This document shows positions 55,125 to 64,000 of a DNA stretch of 64,000 nt, piece after piece. The stretch spans positions 2,170,001 to 2,234,000 of the forward strand of contig JAYWIR010000006.1 of NCBI GenBank assembly GCA_036172245.1. Direction: 5' to 3'. The notes below the pieces were generated by a model. That model did no database searches, was not told where the DNA came from, and saw only the letters and a program-made list of their open reading frames with translations. Position 1 is the stretch's first letter. Every line of letters starts with the position of its first letter. This DNA is from Raillietiella orientalis. Lineage: Eukaryota. A program made the translations under genes and the position numbers.

Positions 55125-55697
55125 TTATCTGATACACATTTGACTAGAAAGTGCTACTGAAGAGAATTTCATTTTAGGAAACACACTGGGAACCAACGTA
55201 ACAACCGGGGAATGGATCTTAATCTGCCTGATGTGCGTATCACGTCCATTCTGATGGTTGCTAATCACTGCTATTTGCACCATAAATGTACGGATCGGCT
55301 TTCCATGGGCGTTTTTCAGGGGAATCATTACCCATCCAGTGGGCTCCATTAGATCTACAACTTCAATCTCTTGCAAATCATTAAAATGGGTGCCAGAACG
55401 AATGGAAATCCGATTAGGTGTATAGCTCTCATCATTCTTGTACTCCGCAAACAAGAATATGTCACAGATTGTTGTTTTTTTGTGGAACTGAATATTGACA
55501 AGATGAGGTTGGGGTCCATCTGACTGCCAATAAGTGTCCAAAGCATCATCTCTTAGCTGATTCACTCCAAACCCTGGCTTGCAGGAAGATAGACTCCACA
55601 CAGCCTGGTTCCCCACTTCTCGCACTTCTCCCGTGCGTTCCAAATCGCAAGGATCCATATAAGTAATGATTCCTCTACTGCTCACACTATTATTCAT
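55125..55697 (-). CDS. ANAPC10: Anaphase-promoting complex subunit 10 (Doc1), intronless CDS, 190 aa
   Basis: VREVGNQAVWSLSSCKPGFGVNQLRDD..TYWQSDGPQPHLVNIQF...DESYTP...NHQNGRDTHIRQIKIH and the C-terminal IR tail; first ATG at 55697 (the ORF track starts at an upstream TTG). Confidence 0.98.
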   Translation of the reverse strand: MNNSVSSRGIITYMDPCDLERTGEVREVGNQAVWSLSSCKPGFGVNQLRDDALDTYWQSDGPQPHLVNIQFHKKTTICDIFLFAEYKNDESYTPNRISIRSGTHFNDLQEIEVVDLMEPTGWVMIPLKNAHGKPIRTFMVQIAVISNHQNGRDTHIRQIKIHSPVVTLVPSVFPKMKFSSVALSSQMCIR

Positions 55698-55710
55698 ATC
55701 GTCCAATGAC

Positions 55711-55730
55711 CTACAAAATTTGATTTTATT
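55711..55730 (-). promoter_or_regulatory. AATAAA overlapping the RPP30 stop, followed by a 3' splice-acceptor-like site upstream of APC10
   Basis: Minus strand reads GAA TAA AATCAAATTTTGTAG|GTCATTGGACGAT ATG; AATAAA at 55730-55725, AG at 55712-55711. Confidence 0.6.
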
Positions 55731-56875
55731 CTACATCTTCCACAACACTGCTGATCTCTTTAACCACCCACTGTTCCCCCGGCTTCAGATCATTAATGGT
55801 TTGCATCATTGTCACACACTTGGCAGATTTGCGACTTTCTACAAGCACATATCATTCTTTCTGAAAAACATTCTGAATACATACGTCCATGCAGAATTGC
55901 TTTTCTAGGATTGGCCACAATAGCATCTTGTGCCAATTGTTCATTTAGTCCAAATAAACTGCTACTTAGATTTCTTTAAGAAAAGTATTACAGTCTTTAC
56001 ACTTTAAAAGGATACAGGTTAATGACATCATAAGGTCCACGTAAGTCACTGGGACACCTAGCACCACTTGAAATAATGATTTGCTACATGACACATTTTT
56101 CAAACAGATGAGAAAAAACGATAAAAAAAAAAAAGGATCCTACCTTGCCATTAGCTATCTGATTCAAGGATTGAGCTAATGAAATTGTGTTCTGACATGC
56201 TGATGAAGATGACAAAACAGGACTGTAACACAGCTCCACATGGATCCCACGTCTGATCACCTGGGAATACTGCCCACGGGAAAAGTATAAAAACCTCTGT
56301 GCCTCTAGAGTAATAATATCAATAGGAAGTGTGGTAGCTGCCATCTGAAAGAACATTTTCATTGCATCCAATTGGATCTTTGTCTAACCCCTAAGATAGA
56401 TGCTGTCAATGGTTCCACAGCCAAAATATCATAAAGTTCGATGGTTTTGTCTCGCTGCTACAAGGAGTTTTAAGCAGCAAGATGATTCCCTACAGACCAG
56501 CTTATAAGCTTTGTCATCATGTTGCAGCTGCACTGTCAGTCGTTGCAGTATGTTAGGAAGTTGCCTTGCATTTGGAGGCTGCCAACTTTTAATCTCATCT
56601 GGGCTCAATGATAAATCAACAGGTGGTGGCACACTGATAGGTGTGTGCATACTACCCTCTGCTTTACGTTTCTTACTGGTACTACCCAAATGGGAATCAC
56701 TGATGACTGTATTCACTACTACTGTATGATAGCCCACTGAAAATGACCATTCAAACATCTGAGTAACAATGATGCAGATACCTTCTATGGCTTTTCTGAT
56801 CAGCTTTTTACATTCCAGATTGTCCTGGGATGCACTACATTGCAGTGCAAGATCACAGAAACCAAATTCTCCCAT
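55726..56875 (-). CDS. RPP30: RNase P/MRP protein subunit p30 (~287 aa; exons 56782-56875, 56498-56736, 56389-56457, 56144-56344, 56016-56083, 55885-55964, 55726-55838)
   Basis: FCDL, GYHTVVVN, ILQRLTV, LYDILAVEP, RGIHVELCYSP, GKQIIISSGA...LRGPYDVINLSSLFGL, AILHGQSRK match the Rpp30 family; exons total 864 nt in frame; introns 40-60 nt. Confidence 0.95.
55965..56015 (-). other. U12-type GT-AG minor intron in RPP30 (51 nt; 54 nt if the next AG is used)
   Basis: 5' end GTATCCTTTT, branch-like TTTCTTAA shortly before AAG, no polypyrimidine tract; removal restores YDVINL-SSLFGL. Confidence 0.85.
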
Positions 56876-56989
56876 AAGGAACTCTAAAACCAAATGGGAC
56901 AAAAAAAACGAAAAATTATTTCTGCATTACACTTTAGATCACAAAATAATATTCATTTCCCATCATCCCGTTCCATTATTCCCAACTGT

Positions 56990-58802
56990 CTACAACCCCA
57001 ACTTCTGGCTGGAGAATAATATCACATTTTCCTGGAAATCTTTACATAATTCAATCCCTGCCTTCTTGGCAGCCAGATAGGCACAACCTAAAGCAGGTTC
57101 CTTGACTCTAAACATGAAAATCTGCTCAAAGGAAAGGGGACTTGTGGCTAAAGCTGCAAAAAAACGTGGCTGAAGATATTCCCAACTATCCCATACTTTG
57201 CCAATGCACAGAACTGGCAGGTCTTTCTGCAAAAACTTAACACAGAGGTCCTTTTGAATAAGTCTCTTGCAAACCTTTTTGGCAGAAGTGGCTAGCGGAA
57301 CTAGCATACGTCCTAATTCCCAACCAGCTTCACCTAAGAGCCACTGGCTGAAAGCATCACCTTGCTTTGCACACAAAGCAATCATTTCAGTGAAGGAAGC
57401 ATAATGAGCTTTGTCAAAATTGGAGAACCAGTGAGGCAACATCCCCTCCCTGATAAAAAAAACACTATTGGAAGTTTCAATCGCTTCTTGCCTCCTCTGG
57501 ATTTTGAAATGCTCTAGCATCTTGTCATGTAACAGTTTTGTGGAGAATGGCAGCATTGTGACACCTTCTGCTTCTTCAAATATAGTCATGACAGCCTGAT
57601 TAGCAATCCACCAGGCTGATATGAATGACAATCTGATTCACACTCAGTTCGAGTGGTTCAGCTACTCACCACTACCCTTATCACCAATCATATTCCCCCA
57701 TCCACCACATGACTGAGCAACTGTGCCATCTTTCCCCAGTAAAACAGAGTTCGATCCTGTGCCACTAATAATCACAATTCCTCCTATTCTCTGGATTGAA
57801 TTTCTGATATTGATATCTTTTCTCACCATTAGGAATAACTAATTCTGCATGTCCCAGAATATCATTAGACAAATGGTAAGCATCAGCTAAATCAGGGGCT
57901 TTTTCCTTAAGGGTATCCAATAACCGGGCATTTGTTTTTGGTTCGTTGCAGCCACTGAGTGACAAACCCTTAACAAACCAACCAAATTAATTTCACGGCT
58001 AAAAATCGAGGAAGAGTATAATTTCTGAAATTATGAAGATTCTGACTTCACACGAATAACAATTTAATAACAATCTTGAATAACAATTTACCAATGACTT
58101 CAAGATGATACGAGATTTGAACTTAGCAGCTATCTCATTTTTGGAAGACTGTACTAGATCAATCAATGCATCTGCACATTTTTCAATGCCTAAAAGCTGA
58201 AATTTATAACAATTAAATTAGATCAAACGAAGGCAAAAACTGATATTTTATTTCCAAACAAGTAACATGAAACTGAGTTCCAAATGACTTGGCATTTTAT
58301 GATACAAAAAAGAAAAGGAAAGAAAATAGTTTGAGTGAAAACACTGCACAAATAGGCATAATCTACAAAACGAACAGTCTACTGGTCTGTCTAATGAAAT
58401 CTACAAAATGTAATAAACCTACGCCTAGAATTTGCCATCTACACACTCTTGAAGAAGCCACGAAAGTCTTTGACGAACAGATGTATTCGGTAGTTGATCA
58501 TTCAATCAAACAAAAGGAGACGCATTTCAACGCATCAAGAATCGGGAAATCCCGCAGTTGCAGCTCGTTGCTATTCACATCACTGGAGAAACGTGCAAGA
58601 TTGCATGCATTCATCCTTACCCAGTGGTTTGTTCCCCCGGTATGCTTGCTGCAGACCTGGTTGCCATTTTCGTCCACCACCAACAAATGGGTCGACGTCG
58701 CCCCTCTGGGTTGAGGGTTCGCAGGTACACACCAAGACCTTGTAGGGCTTGCACTTACCCGTTGATGCCTCCAAATACGTGCTTCTCGGGAAAAACATCC
58801 AT
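56990..58802 (-). CDS. NAGK: N-acetyl-D-glucosamine kinase-like protein (exons 58759-58802, 58621-58705, 58092-58196, 57827-57968, 57670-57783, 57492-57615, 57275-57449, 56990-57226; last two introns are in frame and inferred)
   Basis: [85 protein letters not shown] match the animal NAGK pattern. Confidence 0.93.
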
Positions 58803-61594
58803 GATGACCCTGCCACGTTTCCTCCTTCCCTCTTCTTGATGGATTCCTTCTTCCCGCTCATTCGGCAAAACTCGCGGGAAGGGCGCCTTCCCTGCCCTGA
58901 CCCACGGCAGCCCGCTGGCGCGAACGGCATGCGTTGCCGCAAAACTCTGCAGAGCTTGCACGGGCCAACATGGAAAAGACTGCATGGAGGGCAAATGCTA
59001 TGAAAACGAAGGGTCACGAAAATCTGCATGCTGACCTTTGATGAAGGCACCGGAACATTTCATTCGCACTGTGGTGTTGGTTAAAACAAAGCAAAACGAA
59101 ACGAAATTGCAATGGTCACACATAGACTGGGAACGGAGCAGTCAGCAATCAAACCCAAATTCAGTGGCTTTTTGTGCCTGCCACAACAGATGGGAGAGAG
59201 ACTAGTTCTGTTAATACTAAGCTGCCGCCGACTGGCAAACGCAATTTCATTCAAGAATCAACTCACAAGAAGTGAAACTTAAAAGCACAGTTTTGAGGAA
59301 ACCGCTGCAGATCTGGAGTTGAGAGCCATCCGCCTGGACTTTGGGTGCTATCAGGTTCTACGGAGCCGGGAGTCTTTTTCATTTTTGGGTTTTGAAAAAT
59401 GGAATGTCTTTCTTTCCAGTACTTCCATCCCTCTTCACGGAGTCGGAAATTCCGCTCGGAGACTCCATTGCTCTCAGGATGCCTAGCAGATCCGAAGAAA
59501 TTCCATTTTTTCATGGGTGCCGGAGGGCTGCCGTTCTCTGAATTCAAAAACACGGCATGTTTTCTCTCCGCTGGAGCCAATCAGTGTCACAGGGATATTG
59601 AGCAATAGGAGTCGTAGGCGGGGCTTCTGGTGCTAAAAACAAGCATTTAAAGGGAGAAGACTGAAGCCGGTTCTAAATGTCTGGACATCTCGACACGGAT
59701 CAGGGCTGCAGTTCCGGCAGGGTTCTCGACGCTCTCGTCTCCGAAAAACACGCAGAAAAAAAAAACACGCATCTGGATAGCTTCCCGCCCCGTCAGCTAT
59801 TCCTGGAAACCCATGGAGGACATGCAGGGAGGGCGCTTAGTGGAGCGTGCTAGGAGTAGGCTGTTCGTTCATCCTGCACCGACTCGCCGTCCGATGAACC
59901 CCTCTGCTTTTCCTTAGAGACGAGGATGACTTCCCTTCTCGGCGACGGACGCTGTCATAGGAACGAGAGAGATCATCGACATTATGCATTCTCTGAGACA
60001 AGCATGGAAGACGTTCCGACCACGCGATTAACGGATGGATGGCTGTGCGGGCAAGGAAGGTGAGGAGCACTGGGATCTTTAACGAGAACAGGAGCGAGAG
60101 ACTTAGAGGGCGCGATCATCTCTCATCCCTCTTCGGGGTGTCCTGCTGCAACTCTTCCTCCGCTTAGGCAGAACCTAATTTTCGAAGGGGAAGACGAAAT
60201 GAGGCGGTTCATTCCCAGTCCTTTCTTCACTTCCTGAAGGTCTTCCGAAAAAACGGGAGCTTCGAAGGATTCGTCCGGATGCCGACAGCTGCCGATCCGG
60301 CGGCTCGCCGAACTGGAGTCTCCTCTGCTCTCCTGAGGAACTGCAGGCTTCTCTTCTATTCCCTTTTCTTCCCGGTGATCTCAACGTTCCGCTCTGGATC
60401 TCTTGCAGTCTCCGCCTAAGCCATCTTCTCCACAAAGCCTAATATGGAAGAAGGAAAGGAAAATATCGGAGAAGGAAAATCCCAACAACTTTCGGTTCTC
60501 CTTGCATCCCTCCTCTCCTTCTGGGACCGAGCTTCATCCCTACCCTCAGCCATCCACCGTGCTCTTCTGAAACGCCGGCTCGATACCCTGGCATTTCCCT
60601 TCTCTTCTTCCGGCCGTGGTGTTGCGGGATCCAGCAGCCGCTTGTTGAAGGGAGGACAGGAGCGAACACGAAGGATTTAGGCTTCACAGCCTGCAGTTGG
60701 CGACGTTGGAGAGTCCCAACGCCACTGCTGACCGACTCGATGGAGGAGACGATCATGGCGGTCCAGATGCACCCTACGACGCTTGTGCGCAAGAGCCACA
60801 GCGACGTCCACGACGGGAACAGTTTCCTTTCTTAAAACTGGCGCGCAGCAACGTGAGTCAATAGACTGCTCGATACTTCCTCTGAAGTGAGGGTGAGCGA
60901 GCGGTCCCCTCTCCGCTCTGCCCGCCTCCCTCGCTGAACGGTGGGGAGCGTCCCGCCAGAACCGCGGCAGGTGCGGCGAGTCCACCGAGCCCGGCACCTG
61001 TTACGGGACGAATTCCCTTCCCTTTCCGCGAGGCACGGGAGCGTCCAGAGGAGTCCCCCTCCAGCTCTCCCGAGGGCACCGCAAGAGAGCTGCCGCCCAG
61101 AAGGCGCGGCGTCCCTAGGACCTCTGCCTCCGGTTGAAACCGGCGTATCGGGAGGTCCACTCTCTCGTCGCATCCACAGAGAGAAGGGCGCCTCGATGAC
61201 CCGAGCTGCAAAGGTGAGCAGCTTCTCCTCATCTCTGACCAGGTCCACAGAGTCCCTTATCCCACCTGATGGACGCTTCACCCCATCCCCTTCCCGAAAC
61301 TGCGGGGTTCCTTCTTTGTCCTTTTTTTGCCTTTTCATGCCACTCAGCACCACCGTTGTTGCCGGCGTTTCCTCCTTCCTGCGCGTGGAGGAATTCTAGA
61401 CTACCTAGGATATGGTGGGAATCCTGCTTGTTCCCTGCAGCGTCTAGTCGCACGAAACGCCCCGGGAGCAGCCGAGCGTTGGTTCCTCCGCAGCGCCCCG
61501 CGGCGGCTCCCCGCGGACGCGCGCGCGCGACGATGCCGGCAACGAGCGGAGAAGCCGGGATCCGCGCGCGAAAACCATCGACCACGGGGCTGCA

Positions 61595-62805
61595 GCGGAC
61601 TCCCCTCCCCCCCACCTATCTGACAGGACAGCTGCCGCCTCCAGCGGCACCGGAAGCAGGAGCAGGAGGGACAAGGGAGGGCCGATCGCTCCCGCCCGCG
61701 GTGTGGTTGCAAGGGGAGGAGGGCTCGCGATCCCGCCGTGGACTCCTCCGTCCCCAAGGGGCCCTCCTCGGTCTTTACCCGATGCCCCGCGCGCTCGGAG
61801 CCAGCGACGTGAAGAAGGGAGGGACTGCCAACACCCCTCTTCTCCGCCTGGCTCGCACCAGTCCCGTTCCGCGAAACGCACCGACGGAAGACTTCTCGAG
61901 GGGCTGACCACCCCGCCCGAACTCGCAGCATCCCCCCTTTCCTGCAGGGGAGTTGGCCCCCGGGGCCTTCTGCGAAGGGGCCGCTGCCGCTTTTCTCGAT
62001 AGAGGCGTCCCTTCTCTATCCCTCTCCCTCTCGAGTCCCGTGGGAAGGGGAAGGCGCGGCTTTTCTGCCTTCCCCTCTCTCCCTCCCGAGGCATTCCGGC
62101 TCCAGACTCGCCCCTTCCTTCATTCTCGAATCGCTCCTCCCCCCGCTGCCCGTCTGGGAAGCACCAAGAGGTCGCTGCAACGCCGCGGAAGGGAGCCACG
62201 CGTACCCACGGCGTACACTCCTGCGCCCCGCGATGGGGCTCGGATCACGCGCGCGCAGACCCGGCCTCGACCAAGACAGAGAGAGGGGAGAGGAGGGACC
62301 GGGCATCCCTCTGTCTCCTGAGACCTCCCCCTCCCCTCATCAGCATCCGCGCCGGTCCTCTCTCTCGCCGGCTGCGCGTGGCGACCCTCAGGGGAGGTCT
62401 CGTTCGCGGCCCGTCGGCGAGATGGCGGGCCCGCCGGTCGACTCGGGTCCGCGCTCCGCCCGCGGCGGCGCCCGCGCGCGCGCCCTCCTCCGCGTTCTCG
62501 AGAGGCGCCTCCCGCGTGGCCGTGAGCGGCGCGCGGCCAGTTGCCGTTTGCGCGCGCGCGAGGCGAGTGTGACGAGGATGTGCGGGTCTGCGTGTGCCGA
62601 CGGCGAGCCGGCAGCGGGCGGAGGCGAGTAGAGCTGGGGCAGGTCATCATCAGCCCCCTAGGGCCAGAGAGAGGGAGTCCGGCGCCATGCCGCGGCCGCC
62701 GCGGGCGGGAGCGATCGGCCCTCCCCTGTTCCTCCTGCTCCTGCTCCTGGTGCTGCCGGCGGCGGTGGTCCCGTCAGGTAGGTGGGAGAGGGGGTCTGCA
62801 GCTCC
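61595..62805. repeat. Inverted repeat pair (~61595-61715 and ~62690-62805, ~1 kb spacer)
   Basis: CCCACCTA(T/C)CTGAC...AGCAGGAGCAGGAGG(G/A)ACA(A/G)GGGAGGGCCGATCGCTCCCGCCCGCGG on + at ~61610-61701 and on minus at ~62699-62788; also visible as near-identical peptides PTYLTG...EGRSLPPA in opposite-strand ORFs. Confidence 0.85.
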
Positions 62806-64000
62806 TTCTCTCTGTCGACTTCCCCCTCCCCCTTCCCGGACCAATGGGCCGGAGGAGGCGGAGGATGTCGCGCAGCAGCGAGGAAGCTTCCCGATGTGCC
62901 CGCGCTGCGGCGCGTGGCATGCCCAGAGGTCGTCGCACGCGCGCGCGCACGGTCCCTTCCCAGCTCCACGCCCCTCCCTGGGGTCCCTATCCAGCTGCCC
63001 TCCCTCCGCCAAGCGACCACCGCCGCCGCCACCGACGGCAACGGCATTCAAGGCGCAGGCGCACAGCAACCCTTCCGGCAGCGGCAGCGAAGGCGCCGCG
63101 AGCCGCTCGTCCCCCGAGGCGAGGCGGAGGGAGGAGGAGAGGACGCGCCGCGCGCGCCCGTCCCGGTGACCGCAGAGGTCACCGCGCCTCGGCCAGCCGC
63201 TGGCCTCTCCTTCTCCTCCTCCTCCTCTTCCTCGCCTGCAGCGGCGCCCCGAGCGGACCGCGGTCGGGATGAACCCGACGCCGGGCACTCGCCCTCGTGT
63301 ATCCTAACTCCCCTCGTCCCCACCTATTCCTCCCCCTTCCTTTCTCCCTTCTCTGGTTGTTGGAGCTTCCCGAAAGATAGCCAACCCTCGGGGCAATGCT
63401 GGGTGGTTTCGACGGGGGAGTGTGGGACGGAGATGGGGGGAGGACCCCGAGGGGAGGGTGGGGGAAGGAAGCGCAACCGCTTTCGATGCGCTGCCAAGAA
63501 ATGGGTCGCGCGGGCTGCTGTGGAGTGGCTGCTCGCATGCCCGGCCAGAGGACTTCCGGTTCTCCCTCCTCCTGTCTCTCCGGGACGCAGGAAGGCGGGG
63601 TGTCTTCTCCATGGCTTCCCGTCTGCCCACCTCCTCTTCCCCTTAGGCCGTCCCTCTCTCCCGGAACCCGAAGAAGGGAGGGTCTCACGACGGGTCCGCG
63701 AGCGACGGGTGCGCGGCCGTCTCCCGGGAAACCGCTGCCATCTCCGGGATGGATGGGTCCACTCGAGGGAAAAGGAAGAGAGGCCTACGGAGCCCATCCG
63801 TCTCCCGCCGTCGCGTCTTTCTGGGTCCCTCCCTCCTCCTCCTCTCAGGGGCGCCGCCGCACCCGTGACCTGGGGCCCGAGCGCCGCCCCCGGAGGAGAA
63901 GACACAGCACGCACGCCTTCTTCCTGCCGTCTTCGTGCGGACGGTGGTGCTTCGCAACGACCGCTGAGGGAGGGCCCGCGGGCAGGAGGCGGAGCAGGGG

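Overview
Eukaryotic (animal) nuclear DNA; the 28S rRNA fragment has arthropod-like signatures. The window has three compartments. (1) About 1-36.8 kb is GC-rich with no recognisable intact gene. The many ORF-track hits there are GC artefacts. It holds decayed repeats: a four-copy interspersed element with a tRNA/B-box-like head and repeated CCCTTCGG motifs, a nested hAT (Charlie/Buster-type) MITE, a 303-bp insertion with a 9-bp target-site duplication, several minisatellites and possible retroelement relics. (2) About 36.8-58.8 kb is mostly AT-rich. It holds a 28S rRNA pseudogene fragment and five minus-strand housekeeping genes rebuilt exon by exon by hand: TMEM70, FKBP12, APC10, RPP30 and NAGK. 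Most of their introns are only 40-60 nt. (3) About 59-64 kb is GC-rich again and contains an inverted repeat. Main highlights: an operon-like NAGK-RPP30-APC10 cluster (gaps of 114 and 28 nt, each downstream gene preceded by an unpaired 3' splice acceptor), and two very short U12-type minor introns (AT-AC in FKBP12, GT-AG in RPP30). Gene identities come from my recall of family sequences, not from database searches.
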